DNA of 51,304 nucleotides from a virus (Duplodnaviria > Caudoviricetes): the IMG/VR virus record IMGVR_UViG_3300028586_000030, positions 1 to 51,304 of that record, one strand, 5' to 3'. Positions 17,047 through 25,455 of this stretch are shown here, piece after piece; positions within the stretch are counted from its first letter, which is position 1, and each line of letters opens with the position of its first letter. The notes under the pieces are model-generated. The model saw only the letters and a program-made list of their open reading frames with translations, searched no databases and was not told the DNA's origin. A program made the position numbers and the translations under genes.

Positions 17047-17300
17047 TGGATATTGAAAAAGAAAGGCTTGCGTTTGAAAATTCTTGCCAAGACGATCATG
17101 GTTTGATAACTAACCCTTGGGAGGTTTGGCAATTAGCCAAAGCCCATGCTGCGGAAATGGCTAAGCCTCATTGCCGGGTAACTAAAGACGGTATTGGTTG
17201 GTGGCTTTATCGCTTTGGCGAAATCTTGGCAGGCCCTTACAAAAGCGCCGAAGATGCTAAAGTGTGGGCACAAGCTAACGGCTATCGGGTGATTGAATGA
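17046..17300 (+). CDS. Hypothetical protein (paralog B)
   Basis: ERLAFE...WEVWQLAKAHA. Confidence 0.75.
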   Translation: MDIEKERLAFENSCQDDHGLITNPWEVWQLAKAHAAEMAKPHCRVTKDGIGWWLYRFGEILAGPYKSAEDAKVWAQANGYRVIE

Positions 17301-17440
17301 AACCGTCTGAACTGTCTGAACGTCAGCTTAAAATGATCTTGGATCAAAAGCTTACTGACAAAGTGCTGGGCGAAAGATTCGGAATGCACGTAACTGCTAT
17401 CAGTCTGGTGCGAAAGAAGCTAAAGGAGTCGGGTAAATGA
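17297..17440 (+). CDS. Small HTH-like protein, 47 aa, not in ORF track
   Basis: TDKVLGERFGMHVTAISLVRKK; ATGA overlaps at both ends. Confidence 0.7.
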   Translation: MKPSELSERQLKMILDQKLTDKVLGERFGMHVTAISLVRKKLKESGK

Positions 17441-17655
17441 GGCTGCCAGACTGGCAAGGTGTTGCGGGTAAAGCCGCAAAAGAAATCGATGATAAGTCGT
17501 TGAAGGCTGTTCGGCATGTGCTGGTCAGCCCTCGGATGTATCAAGAGCTTGGCGATTCTATCTTTCCAATACTTAAAGGAAAGCTTTCCTTTTGCGGTAA
17601 AGATGCTAAACTCGACTGTAGCGTTCGGGCTATCCAAATCGTGAGGGTTGATTAA
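17437..17655 (+). CDS. Hypothetical protein
   Basis: SD AAGGAG; coupled. Confidence 0.65.
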   Translation: MRLPDWQGVAGKAAKEIDDKSLKAVRHVLVSPRMYQELGDSIFPILKGKLSFCGKDAKLDCSVRAIQIVRVD

Positions 17656-17892
17656 ATGAAACGTGAAATTCAAAGCATGGGCGGTAATGATAGCGGCTTC
17701 AATACGCTTGAAGCTGCAATTGCGTTTTGTAAAGAACGCCCCGGTATTAACTACGCTAAAATTGGATTCAGTAAAGAAGAAAAATACAGCGTTATTATTG
17801 CTGCATTTGATCACTGGTCGCCTTTTTATCATTGGGTTGCTGAATATAAACTAGTTGCGCAAATTACCCTCATTGATGAAAAGGATCAGTGA
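17656..17892 (+). CDS. Hypothetical protein
   Basis: SD GAGG; contiguous operon. Confidence 0.65.
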   Translation: MKREIQSMGGNDSGFNTLEAAIAFCKERPGINYAKIGFSKEEKYSVIIAAFDHWSPFYHWVAEYKLVAQITLIDEKDQ

Positions 17893-17893
17893 A

Positions 17894-18073
17894 ATGGAAT
17901 ATTGTCTTTATATCAATACGCCTGATGGCAACGGCGAAAAAGAAGAGTTTTACAATACTGTTCAAGAAGCCCAAGACCGCAAAGATTATATTATGGGCAT
18001 GCCTTGGCTTACTGATCAGGGTATGAATATCTATCTTGCCGATGAAGACGGCAACGAAGTTGAGTTGAAATAA
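17894..18073 (+). CDS. Hypothetical acidic protein
   Basis: SD AAGGA before MEYCL. Confidence 0.65.
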   Translation: MEYCLYINTPDGNGEKEEFYNTVQEAQDRKDYIMGMPWLTDQGMNIYLADEDGNEVELK

Positions 18074-18411
18074 TGCGACTGACAATAAATGACGATCCTG
18101 AAATTACCCGCAAGGCAGTTATTACGCTGGATGGTGTAATCCAGAAGTATTGTATTGTTGCTGACGAAGAACGCGGCTATGTAGCCGTGCGCAGGCTTGA
18201 CTCTAAAGGCCGTAGTATTCACAACGGCTATAAGCTTGCTCGCTGCCGAAGGCTATTCGGAAAGGTTAAAATAGAAATTGATCTGTGTGTCAATGACATG
18301 CGCCGCCTTTGGATCGGAAGGCCGAAAGCTGAAAACATTGGTGAAGCCTTCTATGAGGTCGCTTTGCCTAATGGCTATTGGGATGCGATACCTATGCCGG
18401 GGCATATATGA
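18073..18411 (+). CDS. Hypothetical protein
   Basis: LDGV....C..ADEERGYV...GKVKIE pattern. Confidence 0.7.
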   Translation: MRLTINDDPEITRKAVITLDGVIQKYCIVADEERGYVAVRRLDSKGRSIHNGYKLARCRRLFGKVKIEIDLCVNDMRRLWIGRPKAENIGEAFYEVALPNGYWDAIPMPGHI

Positions 18412-18695
18412 ATAAAGTGATAAACGGCGGAAGGTCAGCGGCTAACGGCGTGACGAAGATTTACATAGGTCGCGGCACGTTGTTCGGAAACGAGTTTATC
18501 ATTGGTCGCGATGGCAATCGACAAGAGGTAATTGCAAAATACAAAGATTGGTTTTACTCGCGACCAGATGTAATGTTCACAGCTAGCTTAGTTCTTCTAG
18601 GCAAAACGCTTGTCTGTCATTGCGCGCCTTTGCCTTGTCATGGCGATGTGATAGCCGAGTACCTTAAACAGTTTGATTCTCCGAGCCTTTTGTAA
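18408..18695 (+). CDS. DUF4326-domain protein
   Basis: YIGRGT.FGN.F.IG.DG.R..VI.KY..W, L.GK.L.C.CAP.PCHGDV. Confidence 0.9.
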   Translation: MNKVINGGRSAANGVTKIYIGRGTLFGNEFIIGRDGNRQEVIAKYKDWFYSRPDVMFTASLVLLGKTLVCHCAPLPCHGDVIAEYLKQFDSPSLL

Positions 18696-18961
18696 TGGCT
18701 GAACACTTCGACGCTCTAGTCTCTTCTCTTTGGGCCGCATGCCGCGATGGTAAGCGGCCTGTTCGTATTCGCATGGCTTACGCAACCTATTGCGAGTTCA
18801 TGAAAACCGATGAAGAATTCAATGAAGAAATGGATTATGATTCGGTTAATCAGTGGTGGACATTTCAAACGCTTCCTGTAGTATATGACTCATGGCATAA
18901 GACGCCGTTTATAGAGGTGGTAAACGATGTGCAAAGTTCTTTGGAAGGGCAAAAAGCGTAA
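18695..18961 (+). CDS. Hypothetical protein
   Basis: TAATG-coupled. Confidence 0.65.
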   Translation: MAEHFDALVSSLWAACRDGKRPVRIRMAYATYCEFMKTDEEFNEEMDYDSVNQWWTFQTLPVVYDSWHKTPFIEVVNDVQSSLEGQKA

Positions 18962-19073
18962 GTGGATGGTCTTTGGTGAATTTAACCAGAGCCTTTCCGA
19001 TGAATCATTCGAAACCTACGCGCTTGCAAGGCACTGGGCGTTGACCGAAGGCTTACGGGTGGCATCCGTATGA
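18927..19073 (+). CDS. 48-aa protein, not in ORF track
   Basis: SD GAGGT; MCKVLWKG...ARHWALTEGLRVASV. Confidence 0.65.
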   Translation: MCKVLWKGKKRKWMVFGEFNQSLSDESFETYALARHWALTEGLRVASV

Positions 19074-19225
19074 ACCCGTATATCGGTTATAGTCCTGTCG
19101 AAGAAGAGCAGGAATATGAATGCGAATGCGGAATGGTGTTCACTTCATCCGCTCAACTGAAACGGCATTTTGCTAAGTGTCCTGAAAACGAAGATTTCGA
19201 TCCAGAGGTTTACGACGATGAGTGA
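19070..19225 (+). CDS. 51-aa C2HC zinc-finger-like protein, not in ORF track
   Basis: YECECGMVFTSSAQLKRHFAKC; ATGA-coupled. Confidence 0.65.
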   Translation: MNPYIGYSPVEEEQEYECECGMVFTSSAQLKRHFAKCPENEDFDPEVYDDE

Positions 19226-19439
19226 ATTTACCTTTAACCTTGGCGAAGACTTCAAACGTCTTTTGCGTAAAGCTTATGGCGTAAAGCTCGTCGCACTTGC
19301 GCGAAGTGTTGGCCCTTTCTACGTGCGCGGAATTATGCGTAAAAGAAAATGACGGTAATCCAAATAGTTGCACTCGCACTCCCCTTAACTGGGGCTTGCG
19401 TGTTGATAATATTCTTTGATTCAGATGAAGAGGTGTAAA

Positions 19440-19703
19440 ATGATCACAGCCAAACAAGCTAACAGTCAAAGTCTTATGAGCTTGCAAGATATGCAAGCCG
19501 AACTTACTAAAAAGCTTGAGGACGTTATCGGCGCAGCCTGCAAACAAGGTTCTTGCAAAGCAACCTTCTATCCGAAGAACGCTTTGCAAACCCAACAGGC
19601 TGTCGATTTGCTTCGAGCTAACGGCTTTGATGCGGATGCAGTCGGCGCAAAAGACCAACGCGACAATGACCGTATCGAAATTGATTGGGCGGAAAGAAGT
19701 TAA
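19440..19703 (+). CDS. Hypothetical protein
   Basis: SD GAGGT before MITAK. Confidence 0.75.
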   Translation: MITAKQANSQSLMSLQDMQAELTKKLEDVIGAACKQGSCKATFYPKNALQTQQAVDLLRANGFDADAVGAKDQRDNDRIEIDWAERS

Positions 19704-19827
19704 TATGCTTTGCTTTAAATGTTTAAAGCTTGGCGAACCCAAGCGAAGATGGGATAATAAATCGCAGATATGGCGATTGGGTTGTCCTAACTGTTCTTCT
19801 TTTGTTTTCTTCGGATAGAGGTTTAAA

Positions 19828-20559
19828 ATGAACAAATCTGAAATTGAACTGCAAAACGTTCAAGACCTGATCAATCAAATGCCAGCCGGTGAACGCGAAA
19901 TGTGCGCCCGGATGGTTGACAGTTTGAATGCAAGCATCGGCCATCCTTTGCACGGTCGCGTGTTCATGCTCGCGGTTGCTTACGTGAACTGCCAAGTCGC
20001 CGTAACCACGATTCGATTAGGTCTGGTTAATGAAGATGGCAGCGTGCCGGAAAGCTATCCGGCTACACGGCAAGAAGAGAATGCCGTTATCAAAAGCGTT
20101 ACGGCGCAATTGGCTAAGAACCATGCCGCCCAGCGCGAGGTCATGGGCTTTATCACTGAGACGGCTAAGGAAATCAAGAAGAAGAAGGGAAACGGCGCTG
20201 ACTTTCTGCAAATCGTTCCTACCGAACGCGACCCCGACCAACCGCCAATCCGAAATGACCGGAGGCAAATAGAAGCGAGAAGTGTGGGCAAACATAAAGC
20301 GCCGTGGCCAGACTTCAAAGGCAACGATATTTTTTCCGGCTCTAGAATTCGCCATCCTGCCAACGGCCAAACAGGCGAAGTTGTCTTTTATCCGAATCCT
20401 GCCGAACCTTTCGAGCAATGGCGTGTGCATTACGATAATGGCGAGGTGTCTTATTTGAATCTGCAAATAGGCTATAAAGGTCAAGGTGTTGTGGTGAATG
20501 TTTCACGTGAAACAAATGAAGTCGATAAAGATCACAGTAATTCTGATATCGACAATTGA
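19828..20559 (+). CDS. Hypothetical protein (243 aa)
   Basis: SD GAGGT; C-terminal beta-rich domain. Confidence 0.75.
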   Translation: MNKSEIELQNVQDLINQMPAGEREMCARMVDSLNASIGHPLHGRVFMLAVAYVNCQVAVTTIRLGLVNEDGSVPESYPATRQEENAVIKSVTAQLAKNHAAQREVMGFITETAKEIKKKKGNGADFLQIVPTERDPDQPPIRNDRRQIEARSVGKHKAPWPDFKGNDIFSGSRIRHPANGQTGEVVFYPNPAEPFEQWRVHYDNGEVSYLNLQIGYKGQGVVVNVSRETNEVDKDHSNSDIDN

Positions 20560-20585
20560 CATTCCCTTAAGGCTCGGTTTATAAT
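20556..20585 (+). promoter_or_regulatory. Consensus sigma70 promoter
   Basis: TTGACA-18-TATAAT. Confidence 0.8.
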
Positions 20586-20619
20586 CGGGCCTTAATTCAT
20601 TGCGCGGAGGGTTGAATAA

Positions 20620-21033
20620 ATGAAAGGGTTAATTAAAGAATGCGGAGCTTGTAACGGTTGTGAAGAAACCTGTAAGCTTGATGCAGAAAGCCCGCCAGCG
20701 CTCGGCGGGGAGCCGGAAACATTGATGGTCCGCTTTGAAGATCACAAGGTCGGGCAAGCGGCGTTGCTTGAACATATTGAAAGCCTGAAAACGCAGCTAC
20801 AAGAAAGCACAGCCCACCTAGCCCCGCTAAAGGCCGAGAATTCGCGACTGCGCCAACACAAGATCGACTACATGGATGCTGCGGAGGAAACAAGCAGGGC
20901 GCTAAATGCCGAAATTGCTAAAAAGCTTCACGCTATGGAAGAGTTGCGTAAAGCTTTCGTTATTGTAGCTGGGGAAACATCGCCTTTTGCAAAAGAAGCT
21001 TTGCGAAGATTTGACGAAGCCATTAAAAGCTAA
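20620..21033 (+). CDS. Hypothetical coiled-coil protein
   Basis: SD GGAGG. Confidence 0.75.
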   Translation: MKGLIKECGACNGCEETCKLDAESPPALGGEPETLMVRFEDHKVGQAALLEHIESLKTQLQESTAHLAPLKAENSRLRQHKIDYMDAAEETSRALNAEIAKKLHAMEELRKAFVIVAGETSPFAKEALRRFDEAIKS

Positions 21034-21059
21034 ACCCCTGAACAAATTTCGGATGAATG

Positions 21060-21081
21060 GCCCGCTAACTGCGGGCTTTTT
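21060..21081 (+). terminator. Intrinsic terminator
   Basis: GCCCGC-TAACT-GCGGGCTTTTT. Confidence 0.8.
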
Positions 21082-21129
21082 CTTGCCTAAAGAAAAGCAT
21101 AGGTGTAAGCTCGGCTTAAAACTATTGGA

Positions 21130-21357
21130 GTGAATGCGATGCGCAAACCTCATATAAAGCTTACCGATTATCTTTTCATGAAACGATGGGCGGTTGTTCG
21201 TCGCGATGCTAGAAAATGGAAAAGGCTTAGTGAGAAAGAAAAACAAGCTATCCGTGCGGCGCATGATTTCATAGCAAAGCTAAACAGAAAACTTGATGAA
21301 GAATCGCTTGAAAAACATTTGGCTAAGCTTGAGGCGAAAAAGAATGCAAAAGTTTAA
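21130..21357 (+). CDS. Basic hypothetical protein
   Basis: ORF following a GGAG SD; start uncertain. Confidence 0.6.
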   Translation: MNAMRKPHIKLTDYLFMKRWAVVRRDARKWKRLSEKEKQAIRAAHDFIAKLNRKLDEESLEKHLAKLEAKKNAKV

Positions 21358-21526
21358 TACCCACACTGGTACGCTCAAATCGACACTTGAGCAATCGGGC
21401 GTTGTGTTCTCGAAAACTTGGGACGGGCGCAAATGGGATGCTATGCTAGACGGCAAACCAATCGCTCAACACCATGAACTCTCAGTCTGTGTTAAGGAAG
21501 CCGCTAAGGCTTTGGGTGAAATATGA
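21344..21526 (+). CDS. Hypothetical protein
   Basis: SD GAGG before MQKF. Confidence 0.65.
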   Translation: MQKFNTHTGTLKSTLEQSGVVFSKTWDGRKWDAMLDGKPIAQHHELSVCVKEAAKALGEI

Positions 21527-21810
21527 TTCGAACAATCGAACGTAAGGTTGATGAAAAAGTCAGCACTGCTATGCTTGAAATGGCTAAAAATTTGCGAACG
21601 ATTGCAAATGAAATTGAAGAAGGTAAATGCACAGCCTTAGCATACTGCGCTGTTTACAATCCCGATGACGACACCATACACAGGTTGCACGCTTCCAACT
21701 ATCTCTGTGAAAACTTTTCGGGATACAGCCTGTTAGGTGTAATTGAAAAGATGAAAGTTCGGATGGTTAGGAACTGGATAAAAGCCGAAGAAGCCGAACA
21801 CGATGAATAA
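21523..21810 (+). CDS. Hypothetical protein
   Basis: ATGA-coupled. Confidence 0.65.
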   Translation: MIRTIERKVDEKVSTAMLEMAKNLRTIANEIEEGKCTALAYCAVYNPDDDTIHRLHASNYLCENFSGYSLLGVIEKMKVRMVRNWIKAEEAEHDE

Positions 21811-22270
21811 TTATTCCCCCGAATTCCTCGGAATGCTGCCGATCAAGAAAGGCCATCCGTATCCCGATAAGCTTGCTAAAGACAGCGAGTCAAGCCAGCA
21901 AATTGCTTTGTTCGCATGGTGTGCATTGCCAGAGGTTAAGGCAATGTTCCCTGAGCTTGAATGGCTGCATGCAATCCCCAACGGCGGCAGTCGTGGCGAC
22001 ACGGCCCGATCTCGGGCTATAGAAGGTGGCAAGATGAAGGCCGAAGGCGTAAAGCCGGGGGTAAGCGATATGTTCCTGCCTGTGCGTCGTGGCGACTGCC
22101 CCGGCTTCTATATAGAGTTGAAACGGCTACCCGGACCCGGCGTTGGCCCAAGCGACGAACAACTAAAGTTTGGAGCGTTTGTTCAATCGCAAGGATACGG
22201 CTTTGCAGTGGCTTACGGTTGGATTAAAGCACGCGATTTGTTAATTGCTTACCTAACTCAAAAGTGGTAA
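21803..22270 (+). CDS. VRR-NUC domain nuclease (probable Holliday junction resolvase)
   Basis: ES..Q, HAIPNGG.R, KAEGVKPGVSD, IELK, S.EQ. Confidence 0.92.
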   Translation: MNNYSPEFLGMLPIKKGHPYPDKLAKDSESSQQIALFAWCALPEVKAMFPELEWLHAIPNGGSRGDTARSRAIEGGKMKAEGVKPGVSDMFLPVRRGDCPGFYIELKRLPGPGVGPSDEQLKFGAFVQSQGYGFAVAYGWIKARDLLIAYLTQKW

Positions 22271-22305
22271 GCTTTGGTTAAATCAATGCGGTAAAGGGGA
22301 ATGAA

Positions 22306-22461
22306 ATGGGCTATCCAATATACGTATACGCTTGGGTTAAACACGACCTAGGCTATCAAGATAAAGAAGTTTACGCGGGCAAAAGCTGGATTAAAGCAAT
22401 CCGGGCCGCAATTAAAGCTAAACGTCAAGGCGCGGGCTGCATTCGTGTTGAGTGGCGCTAA
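22306..22461 (+). CDS. 51-aa hypothetical protein, not in ORF track
   Basis: SD AGGGG; MGYPIYVYAW...CIRVEWR. Confidence 0.65.
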   Translation: MGYPIYVYAWVKHDLGYQDKEVYAGKSWIKAIRAAIKAKRQGAGCIRVEWR

Positions 22462-22637
22462 TGCCTCGTAAACGCCCGGAAGGCTGGAAACCAAAGCGTG
22501 AGCCTAGGGTTACGCTTTGTAAAAATCCTAGCTGTCAATGTGCAATGTGGCCTAACCAGCACCATTGCAATATTTGCGGAATGCCTAGCTATGCTTGGCA
22601 CGAAGCTGAACTGCGTAAAAACCTGAAAGGTAAATAG
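22461..22637 (+). CDS. Small Zn-ribbon protein
   Basis: CKNPSC...CNICG; TAATG-coupled. Confidence 0.6.
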   Translation: MPRKRPEGWKPKREPRVTLCKNPSCQCAMWPNQHHCNICGMPSYAWHEAELRKNLKGK

Positions 22638-22639
22638 CT

Positions 22640-22837
22640 ATGAACGCATCAAAACTCGCTATAGTTGGTAACAACGGGCCATTGAAAATTACGGTTCAAG
22701 GTGCAAGCGGTTCAGGTAAAACTGCAATCTCAAGCTCAATTCTCGAAATGCTGCGCGTACAAATGGGAGGAACCCTTTCGGTGACTCGCTCGGAAACTGC
22801 AAACGGCGATGAATTAATTATCGAACGGGTTAAATAA
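22640..22837 (+). CDS. Small P-loop-containing protein
   Basis: ITVQGASGSGKT in 65 aa. Confidence 0.65.
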   Translation: MNASKLAIVGNNGPLKITVQGASGSGKTAISSSILEMLRVQMGGTLSVTRSETANGDELIIERVK

Positions 22838-22987
22838 AATGAGCTTGAAGGTAGACCGCAAGAACCCGCCCACCAAAGGCGGGAATCCGATGCCTGAGCC
22901 TGTTCGGCCTTGCGAGCCTGCCGACAAGCCAGAGCAAACCCGCAAACAGCCTACGCAAGAGTGTGGGCAGTAATAGAAGGTGCACCT

Positions 22988-23200
22988 ATGTCCCTCGGTG
23001 AAGTTAAATCGTTTTGGTTGGGCCTGTGCGTTGCTGCGTTGGTCTATTTCTTCGCCGGGGTTGTAGGTCACGGCGATTTTTCGGATGAAGTCAAGGCCGA
23101 AAAAGAGTATTGCCAAAACGTTGCTAATGGTGTTTGGCCTGACTACAGAAAACTTTTTAAAGAAATGTGCAAAACAGATGTTGACGTAAAAGATGAATGA
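22988..23200 (+). CDS. Small membrane protein
   Basis: N-terminal TM helix, YC..V..G.WPDY motif. Confidence 0.7.
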   Translation: MSLGEVKSFWLGLCVAALVYFFAGVVGHGDFSDEVKAEKEYCQNVANGVWPDYRKLFKEMCKTDVDVKDE

Positions 23201-23208
23201 GGTAAGAT
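23181..23208 (+). promoter_or_regulatory. sigma70 promoter
   Basis: TTGACG-16-TAAGAT upstream of 23258. Confidence 0.6.
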
Positions 23209-23257
23209 GAAGCCTCTTACGAACAAACCTTCTCTTCTAGATAAAGGATGTACCGAA

Positions 23258-23908
23258 ATGGCTGTTACTCTGAACAAATCCGCAATTCAACTGCTGGCCC
23301 TGATTCTGACTGCTACCGATACTTCGGGTAACGGTTTCGTTGTTCCGGGCGCACCGGCAACCAAAGCCCTGATCGAAGCTGGCTTCATCGAAGTGAACGA
23401 CAGCATCAAAGGCGGCGAAGGCGGTAACGAAGTCGCTGCACGCATCACCGATGCTGGCCGTGAATACGCCAAGTCCGGCCCGCAAGATGAAGCCGGTCTT
23501 TCTGGCGAAGTGATCACCGGCAATGGCGCTGGCGATACTGGTGCTGCTGGCAATGTTGCTACTCCGCGCAAACGTCCGACCTTCGAAATCGAAGCTGTTC
23601 CGATGGTTGCCCCGACTCGCGCTACCGCCCCGGCCCTGTATCCATTCGACGAACTGGAAGTTGGTCAGTCGTTCTTCTTGGCCGACAAAGACACCAAAGC
23701 GGGCAACGCTTACAAAACCCTCGGCACTTCGGTGAATGGCGCGAACAAACGCCACAGCGAGCCTACTGGTGAAAAGCGTCCGCATCGCCGTGATGCAAGC
23801 AAGATGGTTGATGTGGTTCGTCCGCTGCGTAAGTTCGAACTGCGTCACTTCACGCAAGCTGACGGCACTACCGGCGCACGCGTTTACCGTGTTGAAGTTT
23901 CCGAGTAA
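23258..23908 (+). CDS. Abundant putative DNA-binding protein (wHTH-like N-terminus plus YPFDELEVGQSF domain)
   Basis: Strongly biased codons (CTG, GGC/GGT, GAA, ATC), own promoter and downstream hairpin; ALIEAGFIEV..ARITDAGR. Confidence 0.8.
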   Translation: MAVTLNKSAIQLLALILTATDTSGNGFVVPGAPATKALIEAGFIEVNDSIKGGEGGNEVAARITDAGREYAKSGPQDEAGLSGEVITGNGAGDTGAAGNVATPRKRPTFEIEAVPMVAPTRATAPALYPFDELEVGQSFFLADKDTKAGNAYKTLGTSVNGANKRHSEPTGEKRPHRRDASKMVDVVRPLRKFELRHFTQADGTTGARVYRVEVSE

Positions 23909-23927
23909 TCGGAAACGCAACAAAAAC

Positions 23928-23953
23928 TAGGGGTAGTTTCTACCCCTTTTCTT
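23928..23953 (+). terminator. Probable terminator
   Basis: AGGGGTAG-TTT-CTACCCCTTTTT. Confidence 0.65.
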
Positions 23954-23974
23954 TAAGCAAAGGAAGGTGGTTAC

Positions 23975-24265
23975 ATGAAGAGTCTGAAAGGCTTGATCAT
24001 GCTTTTCCTTTTCCCAATGGTTGCGCTGTTTGCATTCAGCACAGTCGTTGCGGAGAAGGCTTGTTACACTCTCGCGAAAGTCGGCAAGTATTGCGGCGAT
24101 GGTCTCGCGAAGTTTCACGCCGAAATGGCGGACGGCTATTGTAGTCGTTCCGAACTCGGCGGGGCAATTCAGAACCTCATGAAAGAAAGCAACGGCTATC
24201 GTCAAACCAAAACCCGCGAAGACTCGCACTCTGACGAGGTTGGTTGGTCCAGCGCGAAAGCGTAA
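23975..24265 (+). CDS. Hypothetical membrane/secreted protein
   Basis: SD GGAAGG; hydrophobic N-terminus. Confidence 0.65.
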   Translation: MKSLKGLIMLFLFPMVALFAFSTVVAEKACYTLAKVGKYCGDGLAKFHAEMADGYCSRSELGGAIQNLMKESNGYRQTKTREDSHSDEVGWSSAKA

Positions 24266-24301
24266 AACTTCCTGCCTGTGCGTCGGTCGTAACTGACCTA
24301 C

Positions 24302-24334
24302 AAAAAGCCCCGACCTAAACCCTCGGGGCTTTTT
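24302..24334. terminator. Bidirectional terminator
   Basis: AAAAAGCCCCGA...TCGGGGCTTTTT. Confidence 0.8.
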
Positions 24335-24417
24335 GCCGTCTGGACGCCGCCTGTGCTGGCGCTAGGCCGCATTGCCGGGTATCCTGACCGCTAACCCCAA
24401 TAATCAGGCCGTACGCC

Positions 24418-24768
24418 ATGCCGACGCCACCAGTCCCGCCAACTCCGCCCATTCCGCCAGAAGGTGCCCCGCGTGTGATAGACGCCAAATTTCCCGTAAC
24501 TTGGCTTATCGGTTCTGCCGCTTCGATTGTTTTTGCTCTTGGCGGGCTATACGTCCAACTTAATGGCGTTATCGCTGTTGTTGCAAAGATGGAAGCTAAG
24601 ACTGATTTGCGCGATGAACGCTATTCGGTTATGAATCAAGCGCTACTGTTAGTGCAAGGTGACAACCGAGTTCAGCAAACAGAAATCAATCAAAACAAAA
24701 GTGAAATTGTTGAGATTAAACGACGTCTCGACGAACAAGGCCGTAAGCAAACATGGGCTCCTAAATGA
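24418..24768 (+). CDS. Single-TM coiled-coil lysis-cassette protein (holin/antiholin candidate)
   Basis: Pro-rich N-terminus, one TM helix, coiled coil; coupled to the holin. Confidence 0.6.
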   Translation: MPTPPVPPTPPIPPEGAPRVIDAKFPVTWLIGSAASIVFALGGLYVQLNGVIAVVAKMEAKTDLRDERYSVMNQALLLVQGDNRVQQTEINQNKSEIVEIKRRLDEQGRKQTWAPK

Positions 24769-25037
24769 AGCTAGTAGATGGCTGGCGCAAATGGTATAAG
24801 TTCTGGTCAACCCGCCTAGGACTTATCGGAACGGCGATTGCTTCGGTGCTAATCGCTTCCCCTAACTTGGCACTTGACCTTTGGTCAAACCTGCCCGCCG
24901 AATTCAAAGCTTTGATTCCGCCGAACTATATGCCGATGATCGGCGTTGCGCTCTTCATCGTTTCGATGATTTCAAAGTTCATCGTTCAAGAAAAGCTTAC
25001 TCAAGAGGTGAAGAAAGATGAGCCGGAAAGTAACTGA
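24765..25037 (+). CDS. Holin
   Basis: MKLV..WR.W.K.WS pattern, two TM helices, precedes the endolysin. Confidence 0.75.
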   Translation: MKLVDGWRKWYKFWSTRLGLIGTAIASVLIASPNLALDLWSNLPAEFKALIPPNYMPMIGVALFIVSMISKFIVQEKLTQEVKKDEPESN

Positions 25038-25455
25038 TATCGAAAGCCAGCTTCGCGAAGATGAAGGCGAAGTATTGCATGAGTACAAGGACAGCAAAGG
25101 CTTTTCTACTATTGGCATCGGCGTTTTGATTGACGCTCGGAAAGGTGGCGGTATCACTAAAGAGGAAAGTTCTTACCTCTTTCAAAATCGTCTTCGTGCC
25201 AAGCGTGAAGAGCTTCGCCGTAAGTTTCCGCACTTCGATAAGCTCGACGTTGTGCGCCAAGGTGTGCTGTTGAACATGGCTTACCAAATGGGCGTCGAAG
25301 GCTTGCTAGGCTTCCGCAACATGCTCGCAGCGGTAAGTGTGGGCAACTGGGCAAAAGCTGTTGTCGAAATGAAAGACAGCAAATGGTATAAGCTGGATTC
25401 GCCTAATCGCGCTGAACGCTTGTGCGATCAAATGCAAACAGGCGTTTGGCAATGA
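25018..25455 (+). CDS. Endolysin (GH24/T4 lysozyme-like)
   Basis: EDEG....YKDSKG..TIGIG catalytic E-D-T, NMAYQMG, DSKWY...PNRA.RL. Confidence 0.93.
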   Translation: MSRKVTDIESQLREDEGEVLHEYKDSKGFSTIGIGVLIDARKGGGITKEESSYLFQNRLRAKREELRRKFPHFDKLDVVRQGVLLNMAYQMGVEGLLGFRNMLAAVSVGNWAKAVVEMKDSKWYKLDSPNRAERLCDQMQTGVWQ

